A DNA stretch of 64,000 bases from Octopus vulgaris (GCA_951406725.2 OX597818.1:38564001-38628000); one strand, 5' to 3'; counted from the stretch's first letter, positions 51,359 to 64,000 are shown. The notes: generated from the letters alone by a model not told the origin. A program made the numbers and translations.

Positions 51359-51550
51359 CCCTTTCGTTACCAACCTGGCTGAACCGGCTCTGGCTCTGTT
51401 GTACAAATATCTTGTTTTCTTAAGGTTTTAATTAAAATCTTCCACCAAACCTTAGTCACAATTTATGTTCATTTTACTAAATTCTTTGTTTTATTTAAAG
51501 TAATTGAAAGAAACACAGAGCATCTCAAAATAAATACAGTAACGAAAGGG
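51359..51550. mobile_element. piggyBac-type MITE with an internal deletion
   Basis: Same termini and TTAA duplications. Confidence 0.85.
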
Positions 51551-51723
51551 TTAAATTAATCCTGAAAAGAGAAAGAAAATGTTGATCCTAGTGTGATTAG
51601 ATGTAAGAACTTATAGGCTCATAACTAACTAACACTGGGTATTTTGTCTGTTTTTATGTTGAATACATTAAGCTGTTACTTCAAAACTCAAAACAATCAA
51701 CCGCAAATATTGAAGCAACTTAC

Positions 51724-51897
51724 ATGGTCCATAGTTGGGTAATACTTTCTCTTTGTAAAAATGTCTTAGTCTTTTGAATCGCTCGGTGTCAGGTATGAAA
51801 GAAAAAGACAATTCATTTTTATATCCTGAATCCTTTCTGGTAGAAATAGGAGGTATGTCCCAATCAAGTACTGTACATATTGGTACATCTAGCAAAC
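51724..51897 (-). CDS. TBATA: TBATA/SPATIAL-family gene, coding exon 2
   Basis: G|LLDVPICTVLD continues the family motif (PVCVVRD/PICTVND). Acceptor tttacag, donor T|GTAAGT, phase 1-1. Confidence 0.85.
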
Positions 51898-51927
51898 CTG
51901 TAAAGATTGAAATATCATTTAGATATA

Positions 51928-52478
51928 TTAGGTTGTCTGGAAAGTTTGTGCCGATTTATAGTAGCTTACCTTTCGACTTATTTTAGAACATGGTTGAGTC
52001 CATAAAATAGGATTTGACTACACCTCCATTTAGAGCACAGTTTAAGCTATCTTTTCGTGGGAGAAGGTTTATGTTCCTATAACTTGTGTTAATTCTGTAA
52101 CCCTTTAAAATGGAAGATAAGAAAGTTCATTTTTGGGAACCAGACAAATATTGCTGCAGCTCGGCTGGGATGTGTTACCCCACCCTCCATATTCCCCAGA
52201 TATTGCTCCTTCAGATTTCCACTTATTCAGGACTCTGCAAAATAGTCTTAATGGTAAAAATTTCAATTCCTTGGATGAAGTAAATAGATACCTTGATGAA
52301 TTCTTTGCCATGAAACCACCTCAATTCTGGGGAGAGGGTATTTTCAAGTTAAAGGAAAGATGGAGATACATTGTGCAACAAAATTGTTCATATTTGGTTG
52401 ATTAAAGATGTAATGGCAAGTATTTATGGACCTTTTTCTTTCCTTTAAAAATTGGCACAAACTTTCCGGACAACCCAA
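51928..52478 (+). mobile_element. Internally deleted mariner element
   Basis: TIRs TTAGGTTGTCTGGAAAGTTTGTGCCGATTT / AAATTGGCACAAACTTTCCGGACAACCCAA, TA duplications, and HPPYSPDIAPSDFHLF. Confidence 0.9.
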
Positions 52479-54640
52479 TAGATATGAAATATGATGGTAG
52501 TCTCTTGTAGTCTGAGAAAAATGGTTCTGCAATTTCTTGCAGAACAACCTGCAAAAATGAATATATATTTATAGTGGTTGTAGTGTTTGTGGTGTTATGG
52601 GCTGTGATGAGCTGTGTGGTGTTGGTGGAGAGGATTGCAGATGAGGTAGATGGAAGTGAAGACTGCAGGGGCTGGCAGAACAGCCACGGGGCATGCATGG
52701 GCCGGAAGCACGTGCGGGCAGTTTGATGAGAGATGGCAGCATGCAAGGACGTGTTTACTTCTTGAGAGTGATTGCTCATACCGCCTAGGTCAACAGGTAA
52801 GGTCTCTGTATTTCTTTCTCCCATTTGCTTCTTTTCTGTTGTCTTTTTCCGCCATCACACTACAGTGGTTAAATGTATGTGCTGTACATTAATTCACCCT
52901 CTCCATCAAATCGATGTTTCTTAAGCAGGTGTATGGTGTACCACATGTTTGCTCTTGAAGTGATCAAAGAACAACATGGGATGAGTCTTTTGTACACCAC
53001 CTGTTTCAAGAATTGAAACCATGATCTTGTGATCATGCATGCAACATTCTAACCAGTAGGCTGTGTGCCCTCTAAATATAAAACTATTTAATGAGTAAAT
53101 AAACAAATAATAATGGCCATATCAAATAATTATGATAATGATGATAATGAACACCATTGTGTCATTTTCACTCCTTTTTCAAAGGTTTCATTAGCAAGGA
53201 GCTGTGCCCATGTGCTATACAAGTCTTTTAAGACTGTTGAGATTGGTAGGAATAATGCTAAGTTTGAATACCTGTAAGATGACAATTGCAGGGAAAGAGA
53301 TAGTGGGTGATGGGTAGGGAAGCAGGATTCCAAAGGTTTGGCATTTTGAGGAGGAAGGATTTGATAGACAGGAAAAGAAACCAGGAGTGAAAACCTCTTA
53401 GATCATATGTTTTTTTTAAATAAAAGAATTAGCAAATTGGTCAGGTAACATATAGTTAATATCAGAGGAGGAGGAGGAGTAGGAGGTACTTATGACAGCC
53501 AGCATATGTGCAAGCTTAACAGGGATTTATGCAGCTGACAAGTAAATAGATTATTTGAGAAAGAGAGAGAGAATATAGGTGGCAAGGAGGAGTGGAGAGA
53601 GAATGGCATTGCAATTACAAAAGAATTTTATGGCCTCTCCAAAGAGTCACTCAGCAGCTTAGTTTGAAATGGCCTTTCCAAAAACGTGATCAGGATTTTT
53701 ATAAGAGGTAGTGATGGTAGTGTGGGTGGACTTTGGTTACACTTTATGTGACAAGTATGGCAGTGATAAAATTTCAGTACAACCTTTGCTGACATTTACT
53801 TCTTTTATGCTGTAATTTATATTGTTAATTTAATTTGTTTAAGCAACTATACAGAGAAGGTGAGTAATATAAAATTAGAAGACTAGAGATCTTCCTGTCT
53901 AGCAAGTGATTTGAACTGAGTCTATGTGTTGAAACTGAAGCAATTACAGCATTGAAGACATGTATTAGCCACTTAAAACACACAAAAACTGTTAACTTAA
54001 TCATCATTTGGAGTCAAAATTTCCATTGTACCATCTGCAAATTGGTCACTGACAAAATTCCAGTGCAACTAGTCTGGGATGAGTTTGTTGGTCAGTTTAT
54101 TCAGGGTTTTAAATATAATTTTTTTTCTCATCTGTAAATGCCAGTTATTTTGGTTGTCACCTCCTGGTGATTACAGGAGGTCTGTTGATTTGGCTATACT
54201 CGGAGGTTGAAATTCATGTACCCATGCATCCTTCCTTCTCAATGAGGGTACTTTTGGCATTGAGCAGTACAGCAGAATCAGAACTAACAACTTGAAAGAA
54301 GAGAATCTATCAATCCATGACAATAAAACAGACAAAAGGGAGATGGGTTGACATAAACTATATAAGGCAGTGAGAGTGATGTTAAATTAAGTTTATAAGC
54401 TTGTTTTGATTCCTTGTAACTTTTTCACTGCTTTATGTTGCAAAGACACCCAGAATTGGCATCCCTGCTACAGTTGTCTTCTCACATTCCATGCACACAT
54501 TAAATTTAAGCTGATCAATTAATTGAAGATTCCTTATTAAAAGTCTAATAATTAACTCTGTATCATACTCAAATATTTGTGGGTAAGAAATAATTATTTT
54601 TATTTACGTTGTATAGAAAAGGGAAAGATTGCAGTTTTAC

Positions 54641-54821
54641 CTTTTATATGTTTAACTCTTTGTGGATGTGGGTTGTGTCGGGTAAAAAACGAATTCTTGC
54701 TAAGCTGTCCAAAGCGATAACCTCCCCGGGATTCTGGCGGTCTGCTTGAAGAATCATAGTTAAGTAGCAGTCCACGAGGTGAAGAAACATTTGGCAGACT
54801 TAACTCTACAAAAGGATTCAT
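54641..54821 (-). CDS. TBATA: TBATA/SPATIAL-family gene, coding exon 1
   Basis: Encodes ...YRFGQLSKNSFFTRHNPHPQRVKHIKG, recognisable as the N-terminal SPATIAL-family motif (SFFxRHxPHPxxVxHI). Acceptor at 54823-54824, phase-1 donor G|GTAAAA. Confidence 0.85.
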
Positions 54822-54924
54822 TCTGAAAAATTTAAAGCAAATAAAAATTTTTTCATATCACACAATTTACTGCAAAATGTAAAGTTTATAAAAAGTGTTT
54901 TTCAACAATTTAAGTTTATTATTA

Positions 54925-55190
54925 ATATTTTTGTTAATCTTCAGCATTCTCCTTTCCATGGCTCTTTGTGTTGCTTTTAATTTATCTTCAATGTTCTTGT
55001 TGGTTGTCAATTTTTCAGATGCATAATCGTAAGCAGCACACACTGGTTGAAAACATTTCTTTTTAGACACATGAGCAAATTAACTGCTCATGGTATGATT
55101 CAATTTACCAAAGTCTACCCGTCCTGATTGCATTCATTGTTGAAGTTTCTTTGGTCTGATTTTTATCCTTTGTGCATATTATTTGTCCAT
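54925..55190 (-). pseudogene. RTE-like RT C-terminal fragment
   Basis: YASEKLT...KLKATQRAMERRML. Confidence 0.65.
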
Positions 55191-55439
55191 GATTAACAAA
55201 ATGGATAAGTAGAAAACAACAGGATAAGGTGGCAACAGGTTTAACAGATATTATTTGGAAAATAAAACTCTGAAATGGTCTTTTGTCTGTAAACAGACAT
55301 GACAGAAGTAGACACCTTTATAATCATTAAAATTTTTTAAAATCTGAAATTATACATTCAAATTATTTATTAATTGTCATAATGAGAATATTTAATATTT
55401 AGTAGACATGCCCTTTATATTTTTCAATGCAAGGACCCT

Positions 55440-55720
55440 ATTATGCATATTACTGATCAGATGATGAATATTCTCTGTGGAATTTCTTGCCAAGGTTCAT
55501 GCAGCAATCTCAAGAGATCTGACTTTGAAGATGCTTTCTTGTTCTTTTTATGAAGTGTCCTGTCCATTATGTCCCTTCAATAGGGTTCATATCTGGTGAC
55601 TGGTTTGGCCATGGAAGCTTTGTAATGCCATTTTCATCCAACAAATCTTGGGTCATTTTAGACAAGGAGCCTCATCTTTCATAAATAAAGTGTCTTCTTT
55701 AATCATTTCACCACTTGAGA
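55440..55720 (-). pseudogene. Tc1-type (DDxE) transposase fragment
   Basis: KLPWPNQSPDMNPIE on the minus strand at 55575-55620. Confidence 0.7.
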
Positions 55721-55921
55721 AGATTGGAAGGAGTCCTTTCTGCAATAAGGACACATATTTATCTGAGTTCATGTTTCCCTCACACTCCACCTGCTCTAAT
55801 CAAATACGCCTGACCTGTTGTAGTCTGTTATCAGATCTTTGTGGTTATTGTCACGGTCTACAATTTTGTTCCAACTGTTTTCAAATTCGGTTTATGGATT
55901 AAATTATTTGCTCTCTTTTAT

Positions 55922-56104
55922 TCTCTTTTACTTGTTTCAGTCATTTAACTGCAGCCATGCTGGAGCACCACCTTTAGTCGAGCAAATCAACCCCAGGACT
56001 TATTCTTTGGAAGCCTAGTACTTATTCTATCGGTCTCTTTTGCCAAACCGCTAAGTTAAGGGACGTAAACACACCAGCAGGGACGTCACAGACACACAAA
56101 CATA

Positions 56105-56168
<64 letters not shown>

Positions 56169-56330
56169 CGACAGGCTCCTTTCAGTTTCTATCAACCAAA
56201 TCCACTCACAAGGCTTTGGTCGGCCTGAGGCTATTGTAGAAGACACTTGCCCAAGGTGCCACACAGTGGGAATGAACCTGGAACCATATGGTTGATAAGC
56301 AAGCTACTTACCACACAGCCACTCCTGCGC
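55922..56330 (-). mobile_element. SINE family A copy
   Basis: Reverse complement of the family consensus. Confidence 0.8.
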
Positions 56331-56505
56331 TGAAATTTATTTTTCCTATAAATTCATAATTAAAAAGTTATTAGGCATTTAAAATTTGCAAAATTTTGGT
56401 ATTTTAGTCAAAAAGAAGCAAATATTTAACACATCACCATAAAGTTCTGTTAGCATATTAAGCAAAGAAACACCACCTGTTCGATAGATGATTGTGAAGA
56501 ACTCT

Positions 56506-56519
56506 GTTTCTATAGTAAC
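56506..56519. promoter_or_regulatory. RFX X-box-like motif upstream of the TBATA-like gene
   Basis: GTTTCTATAGTAAC fits GTHNYY-AT-RRNAAC. It lies ~1.7 kb upstream of the ATG exon, which has its own acceptor and so implies a non-coding first exon. Confidence 0.5.
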
Positions 56520-57011
56520 CAAAGATGCTGTGCATGTGCACAAGAAGTGTGACCACCAAATTGAGTGTAATCAACAAATTGAGAGTACCTGGGTATGATG
56601 TCAGACTTTGTTAGTAAATAAGCTGTTAACTTGATGCATCTAGTTCTCTTCTCCAAATTTTTTCTCACTATGTTGCTACCAGCTTCTTTGTTTAAACAGT
56701 TTATTAAAAGATCTTTTTTCTGTACAAAATCATTATCACCAACTTACTAAAATTCAAACTGAATATTACTAACTTTATTAAAATTTTAAAAAATGGAATA
56801 AATCTGTAACACTTTGTGTAGCAGAAGAAAAAAATTGTCGTTTCAGACATGATCACTCCTTAAAGAAAAAAAATATCATTTCATCATAATAACATTACCA
56901 GAGATAAAGTGACAAATGTTGAATTTGTTAGATGTACAAGGATCATTAGAAATAGAAATATTAAAATTTCTAAGTCTCTCTAAAGGAGACTACAGTAGCA
57001 GTACTGGATAT

Positions 57012-57270
57012 TAACAGTTATTGCCATGCTAATATGGCAGTCCATAAATATAGGATGTAAGTTGCTGTTGATTAGCTCCAAGGGGCCATCGCTTCTAGGT
57101 AGCTATATGACACATGAACCTGTGTCCATTATAACCTTCGAACAGGGGAGGTCAGCTGCTTCCCCTTGCTTGTCAGGCATCTGCAGACATGTTTCAGGGT
57201 ATTTGCCCTTTATCAAAGCAGAGTAGCCGAACCCAGCAGGCGTCACTGCTGACCAGCTGTTCGAAGGATT
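57012..57270 (-). mobile_element. Hammerhead-bearing retrozyme-like element
   Basis: 57016-57112 aligns by eye with the reverse complement of 6181-6275. Module order matches the 6.0-kb copy. Confidence 0.55.
57176..57228 (-). ncRNA. Type I hammerhead ribozyme fold (U3-A8 core variant)
   Basis: Minus strand: GGC-TAC-TCTGC-T | TTGATAA | AGGG-CAAATA-CCCT | GAA-ACATGT-C | T-GCAGA-T-GCC, enclosed in a longer hairpin (57135-57267). Confidence 0.75.
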
Positions 57271-58429
57271 GTTTCCTGACAACTTAAGAAGATAACAGAC
57301 TTAGATCACTGGATACCATAGGAGAAGAAAAAGCCTTGAGTACTTCACAACAACAGGAATTTTAAAAATGAAGAAGTTGAGAAAGACAGAAGGAGAAGAT
57401 AATTGATGGCTTTACCAACAGGCTTCCGAAAGACTAATCCCTAAATGTGCTACGTTGTGTATAGGGCAGAAAGGTAGAGAGATCCATAAAAGTCTATACC
57501 TGTTGGCAAGACTCATTACTTTGTTATCTTAACCCCCATCTCCAAGGAACTTTAAAACATAAAGATACTGTCATTCCTTATCACACAAAGGAGAAATGAA
57601 ATTTATGCTTCAGTTTTGGACTTTTGATCTCAAGAGCTAGTAGACTGCTGTTCACTTAACTGTCTTGCCTCTAAATCTCTTAAATATTTGGTATAGAAAA
57701 TACTCTGAGCAAAACAAACTAAAATAATTCCTCACACAAGTTGTCAGTTGCCATAGTACTTCAGTTTTATGAGCTGTTGTTTTCTAAAAGTCAACAGCTG
57801 TCGGTAGACTAAGCCTGGGTAATGCTGCCAATCTTTCAGAAGCCATGAAAACATGTTTTTAAGCTTAATGGTAAATTGAACACATAATAAAAGAGATAAT
57901 TACATACACTCTCTCACATTCTGTTTGTATGTATGTCTGTTTCTCTCTTTATTACAGTTCCCACCCTCTCCCCTCTCTCTCTCTCTCTCACTACATACTC
58001 ACACACACACATACTCTTTCTCTCTCTATATATATTTCTGGAGTTGTTAATAGAGATAGTTTTAAAATGAAATAAGTCAAATTTTGTATTTTATGCAATA
58101 AGGGGAAAAAAATAAACAAAAAATATCACTTTTTTTTCGCTAAAGAGAAGATTTAAAGATTAAATTCCTATGTTTTACATGAATTCCACCAAATAAAATT
58201 TTAATCTATATTTTGCATTAACAATATTTATTCATATAGCCCAATTAATTAATTTATAAACCATAAGGAATGTAGTTTATCAATTAAAATGAACGGAGGC
58301 CAAATCTACAGCATATATCAGGAGAAGCCTGTTTTATATATATATATATTCAGATGAATGGTACTTAAGTTAAAGGCACCAGAATTTTGTATCATATTAT
58401 CCATATAAAGCAAATGGGGTGATTATAAT

Positions 58430-58694
58430 CAAGGATATCCAAGGTAGTGTAGTACAATTGTTTCATGCTACTTCATTTTATTAAACACTGTAAGTATTAC
58501 ATCAGTTTTAAAATGTTGAGCAATCTTCAGCCACATATAGAATTTTTTTAATTAAATGGACAATGCACATTCTTATACTTATTTCATTTGCCAAAGCTGA
58601 AGATTGCTCAGCATTTTAAAACTGATGTAATACTTACAGTGTTTAAAATGAAGTAGCATGAAACAATTGTACTACACTACCTTGGATATCCTTG
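58430..58694. repeat. ~100-bp inverted repeat between (TA)n tracts (Penelope-like relic)
   Basis: 58430-58530 versus 58596-58694, near-identical in inverted orientation. Confidence 0.85.
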
Positions 58695-58708
58695 TTGCTT
58701 ATTTTGAT

Positions 58709-58742
<34 letters not shown>

Positions 58743-58807
58743 ATATATATAATTAGTGAATGGAAGAAATGGAGTTGAACGAAGATTGTACAGAATTCCT
58801 TTTATTA

Positions 58808-58890
58808 CATTCTACACATGTTTCAAAGGCCACAATTTTCCAAATTCTGATTAAATAAGGATACCATATTGCAGCTTTCTCTTCAGAAAA
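58808..58890 (-). ncRNA. Minimal hammerhead-like motif, probably from a Penelope-like element pLTR
   Basis: Minus strand: TTT-CTGAAGA-GAAAGCTGCAAT...ATTGTGGCCTTT-GAA-AC-ATGT-GT-A-GAA. The fragment lies between (TA)n tracts. Confidence 0.5.
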
Positions 58891-58987
58891 AACCAGGAAT
58901 TACGTTGTCAGAACAAAACAAAACAGAGGCGCAGCAAAGCAATTCGAACGAGGACGAATTATATATATATATAAATATATATATACA

Positions 58988-59845
58988 CACAAGGTGCGAT
59001 GGGTAAATTGTCATCATTTTATATTTTTAATTTCACCCATGCACATTGTTTGGTCTTGATTTTGTTGACTATACAGTATAGTAGGTTTAGTTGGGGACCA
59101 TCTGCGACAAAAACAGCACCATGATGCAATTCACTCACCCAGAAATTTGGAAATGACATGCTGTACTGTTTGACATTTGTGCTGGAAGCTCCAATATGAA
59201 CATTTCAGTGTGTTGGGTGTACCGAGAGTGATTAAAAATCTAACATCTAGTCAATATCATGGTGTTTAGAGTGATCACTAGTGATGGTGACGTTATGCCT
59301 CCATTCATCTTCCCATGCGGCCTCAGACTTAACACAGAGGCCTGGAGTAGGTAGAGCTACCCTGGGTCAAGAGGGTGAGTGCTGGAAGAACCTATGTCTC
59401 TGCACCATGCCACACAGGACCCAGCATCATACCAAATAAGCAGGAAAACCAGTCATCGCTGTCAGACAATTTCTGCAACCCCATCACCCATAATATCTGA
59501 TCACCTAACTCCATAGACTGCAACCCCAGTGATTATTATGTGTGGGGCACAGTTGAGCGAGAGACCAACCAAACTTCTTGTAACACCAAAGATGAACTGA
59601 AGGCAAGAATTATGGCAGCATTCACCAATTTAAATAAGGAAACTGCCCCGAAGAGTTGCAGGAGATTCCAAAGTCATCTGAAGGCCATGGTTGAAGCCAA
59701 TGGCAATTTTATTGAATATATTTACTCTTTAGTATTTCAAGATATTTTTATGTAATTTTGGTAAATATATCTGTTAAAATGAGATGCCAGTGTTATTTTC
59801 ATTTTTGTGTAATTTAGACAACAATATATTCACCACACTCTGTGT
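58988..59845 (+). mobile_element. Decayed Tc1/mariner (maT-like) element
   Basis: SPNSIDCNPSDYYVWGTVE...ELKARI...CRRFQSHLKAMVEANGNFIE, with degenerate TIRs. Confidence 0.75.
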
Positions 59846-60150
59846 ATATATATGTATTCCAAAGTATATATATTGACTGTTATGAACATTTAAACTTGTC
59901 AACATTGAAACTTTTTAAAATATATTTCTAATTCATAATTCAAGATTTTTACTATTGATAAACAAAAAATATTGTTGAAACTAGTTTGGTATATATGTAA
60001 ATAAATTTATTTAAAAACAATTACAATTTTTTCAAATTTCGGTGCATTTTCAACAACAAAGTTGCCTATATTTTTTCCTGCATGGAAATACACCCCTCTC
60101 TTTTGTTATATATATATAAATCCTCCTCCTCCTCCTCCTCCTCCTCCTCC

Positions 60151-60151
<1 letters not shown>

Positions 60152-60203
<52 letters not shown>

Positions 60204-60810
60204 GTTTAACATCCGTTTTCCATGCTAGCATGGGTTGGACGGTTTGACTGGGGTCTGGGAAGCCAGGAGGCTGCACCAGGCTCCAGTCTGATCTGGCAGT
60301 GTTTCTACAGCTGGATGCCCTTCCTAATGCCAACCACTTCGTGAGTGTAGTGGGTGCTTTTTATGTGCCACCAGCATAGGTGCCAGGGGAGGCTGGCAAC
60401 GGCCACGATCGGTTGGTGCTTTTTATATGCCACCAGCATGGAAGCCAGTCAAGGCAGCATTGGCATCGGTCACGTTTGGATGGTGCTTTTTATGTGCCAC
60501 CAGCACGGGTATCACAACTACAATTTCCATTTGATTTTTATTTTGATGTTGATGTACTTGACTCAATAGGTCTCCTCAAGCACAGCAGGTCGCCCTACAA
60601 TCCAAGGTAAGCACAGCAGGTCGTTTTGCAATCCGAGGTACTTTTGATGGGCTGGGGCTATGCAAGACTGGTGCAGGAAACAGCCATGAACTCACATTAT
60701 TTGTCGGGTCTTTGCAGTCAAAGCATATCTCCAGATGTCTCAGTCTTTCGTCATTGCCTCTGTGAAGCCCAATGTTCGAAGGTCATGCTTGACCACCTCA
60801 TCCCATGTCT
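60152..60810 (-). mobile_element. RTE-type LINE: ORF C-terminus plus 3' UTR
   Basis: Reverse-complement homologue of 50503-50982, with extra internal repeats. Confidence 0.8.
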
Positions 60811-61679
60811 TATATATACTTCTCAGGAAGTTGAGCCTCATGGAGGAAATGACCATGGACCAAGATGTCTGGTGATATGAAGTTTGTGAGATGACCTGCC
60901 CAAATTAGCGAAACTGAGTTCTAGAAGTGCTGTGTGTCCCACCCACACTTAACAAGAAAACTTCTCACACACTCTATCACAACGAATCAAACTATGTCTC
61001 TACATCCCTTCTCTTCCTCACATTTCCACTTTATGTACTATGATTGCCTCCTGCTACCCAATATTGTCCTCTTGGCCTTGTGCCACTGTATCATTGCTCT
61101 CTGTTTGCCTCCAATCTGTGCATTCTACCCACATACCTTGTCTCACTCTATTATTGCCATCTACTAGCCCCTGACCTGGGTGTTCCATCCACATGTAACA
61201 AGAAAACTTTTCCCTCACTCCACCACAACGAACCAAACTACATCTCTTCTCTTTTTTGCATTTCCTCGTTCATTCACTATGCCTAGCTCTCCTTGCCTAG
61301 CTCACGTTCCCCAATTCTGTCCTCACACTCCTGTTCCTCTGTATCATTACTATCTGGTAGCCCTCCAACTCTCTATATATATATACCCAAGTCTTTTGCC
61401 ACTTACTTGCACTCATTAATCACACTCTCATCACAATATCCTGCCACATATATCATGGCATTTGATCCTTAAGTGTATGCCCTGGTACTTGCCAGTATCT
61501 ATAGCTCTCTCTTCCTTTACTCAACCATCTCATTTATACTCTAATCCCCGTTTCTTGTGAGTATGCCTGGCGTTTTGCCACTATCTCCATCCTGCAGTCT
61601 TCCATTCTCTCTCACTCTCCTTCTCTTGCACTTACCCCAGGTTGGGCAACCGTGTATTTTCTTTGCGGTAACACACATG

Positions 61680-62790
61680 TTTTTGTCTAGGAGTTGATAA
61701 GTGGTTGGTGAGATCTGTGCAAGCCATTTACAAGGATGCTGTCAGTAGGGTGAAAATTAGCAAAGAATATAACAAAGAACTGTGAGGAGGTAGGAGTTCA
61801 CCAAGGATTGGTTCTCAGACCTCTGTTGCTTATCCTAAGCCTCTAGTCAAGCTACTCTGTGTTGACAACTTTGTTCTTATAGATGAATCTCTACTAGAAT
61901 TAGACAAGAAATTTCAGGTATGAAAGCAGGGACCAGAACCTAAGGGCCATAGAATTAATTTAGCAAAGACCAAAGTACTAGTGAGCAGGAAAGTAGACAA
62001 ATTACTTCGAGATTAAAGCCCTGTTTGATATGTAGAAATGATGTTGGTAGAAATTCAATTTGGTGTATCCAGTACAAGCTATGGACACATAAGAGGTGCA
62101 GTGGAATCACAGGAAGGTTAACTGAAAAAGCCTTTGCATATGGCAGACGTGCAGGAACAATAAACATAAGAATTAGATTTGCTCAAATGCCCAGATGGTT
62201 TCCTTGAGGTTGTAAATAATTTCTGTTACCTAAGTGACCAAATTAGCAGTGGGGGAGGATGCTCTGAAAGTATTGTTGCTAGAGTAAGAATAGGATGGAG
62301 AAAGTTCAGAGAGATATTACCTTTGTTGGCAAAAGGCAGATTGTATGATGCTTGTGTATAAATGACTATGCTTCATGGTAATGAGATGTGGGCCCTGAAT
62401 GCAGATGACATGCACAGACTGTAGAGGAATGAAGCTAGTGTGCTCTGATGGCTGTGCAACATCAGAGGGCATGTATGACAAGTACAAATGTGTGGAGAGA
62501 AGTTGGGCATTAGGGTAACCAGGTATAGCATGCAAGAGAGATGACCATGATAGTTTGGTCATCTGAAGTATTTGAATGATGAGAACTGTATAAAGAAGTG
62601 CTGATTGCTTAAAGTGGATGGCACTTGTGGAAGAGGGAGACCCAGGAAGACATGAGATGAAGTAGTGACAGCTGATCTCAAGATGCTGAGCCTCCCAGAG
62701 GTGATGCCAATGGATTGAGATGTCTAGCAATATGAGATTCTTTAGAAGACCTGCTCCCCTCAGGGAAACTGAGTTCTGGAAGTGCTGTAT
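61680..62790 (+). pseudogene. Decayed RTE-clade reverse transcriptase with a PHD-like Cys insertion
   Basis: Frameshifted motifs GVHQGxVLxPLL, INLAKTKVLV, PCLICRNDVGRNSIWCxxxxLWTHKRCSGI, FCYLSDQIS and ARVRIGWRKF. Confidence 0.8.
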
Positions 62791-64000
62791 ATTCTACCAA
62801 CAAGTAGCAATAATTCACACATCTCATACCAATAAACCAAATTACATCTTTTCTTCATGCATTATGCTTGTTTCCCCACCCAAAACCTGCAACCCAACAT
62901 CACTTGGTTATCCCTCTTTCTTCTCCTTTCCCTGCCAACTGTATAATTGCTATCCTGTTGCCTCCCCCTACACACCTGTGGTTAGCCACCCACTGCATTC
63001 CTCCCTTTCCATCTCCTCTTTCTCTTTTGTCCTTTTGTGAACTCCTTGCACAAACACTCTGGGCAATCCTCAGTCATTCCATCTACATTCATCTCCTTGT
63101 ATCTTGAGAGCATGCCCTGGCATATCACTACCATCTCCTTTGCTCTGTTTCTCTCCCTCACTCTCTTGCTTGCCCTTTCTCTCTCTCTCTCTCTCTCTGT
63201 GTCTCTTTCTCTCTCTCCCACTGACTGGAGTAACTATGTCTACAGTATTAAAACTGAAAGTATTATCTCACATTACAATAGAGATGATATTGTTTCACTC
63301 TTGACACATAATACTGAAATAGTGTAAGAGATAAAAGATTGTTCCAGGCTTGCATTAGGCAAGAAGTTGAAAATGTTTTTGGCCCATGACACTTCATGGA
63401 CTCTAAGTAAGGCATGTGTAAGATTTGAATGAAATCAGTTGGGTAGTTCTTGAGTTTTAATGATGCATACAGACAGACATACATACATTCTCAGTTTTAT
63501 ATATTCATTACATAAATAATATTTTCAAGATTAAATAAAAAGACAACAAATGGAAAATATGACCTACCTATATATATATGATTAAAAAACGTATGGTAAA
63601 TAAATGAACACATTCTAAATACACAGGCAGATAGAAAACATAGTCAAATGCAATTTCAGCCATTATTGATAATATTTCTTCCACTCTGAAGGCACCTACA
63701 AGAAATTTGCCAGGAATCGGACCTAAACATAGCAAAATGAAATGGGCCTGAGACGAGACCATTAGTGGATGGATGGGGGACAAAACAATAAACAGAATAA
63801 AGGCTTAAGGTTTCACAAAGACAACAATTAACAATGATAATACATAAATGTAAAACCTTGGGGCTGCAAGACAAAACAAAAATGGATAACACAAAGAAGA
63901 AATGAAAACTGACCTAAAGGACTAGACAGGAGGGTAGAGCGAGAATCTCAGAAAATCCTGTCCACTATGATTGAAGGCAACATGAAAAGAATGACACCAC

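Noticed and set aside
54130-54300. Possible extra TBATA exon
   Set aside because: No clear acceptor, and exons 1 and 2 already join through a continuous conserved motif.

Overview
AT-rich, microsatellite- and TE-dense animal genomic DNA. The SINE/RTE repertoire suggests an octopus, but this is inference. Two spliced minus-strand genes were reconstructed by hand from splice sites and intron phases. (1) An uncharacterised ~2955-aa secreted, almost Cys-free protein: signal-peptide exon 18766-18823, 7.5-kb repeat exon 7993-15540, terminal exon 1691-2952. It is built from two related 8-aa repeat domains, (QNGMPGML)n and (QGVLPGTG)n. (2) A 7-exon, 373-aa TBATA/SPATIAL-family gene (54821 to 30237) with RFX X-box-like motifs upstream. 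The most striking unannotated signal is a family of short non-coding elements (copies near 6.0, 21.2, 44.3 and 57.0 kb). Three copies carry a type I hammerhead ribozyme fold, and two of these have a compensatory U3-A8 core and a Schistosoma-like CAAAUA loop. All four share a covarying structured 3' module, so they look like retrozyme-like elements. The rest is tRNA-derived SINEs, truncated RTE/CR1/R4 LINEs, Tc1/mariner relics, piggyBac-type and other MITEs, Helitron/Helentron derivatives and simple repeats. Nothing was computed; alignments and folds were done by eye, and repeat boundaries are approximate.
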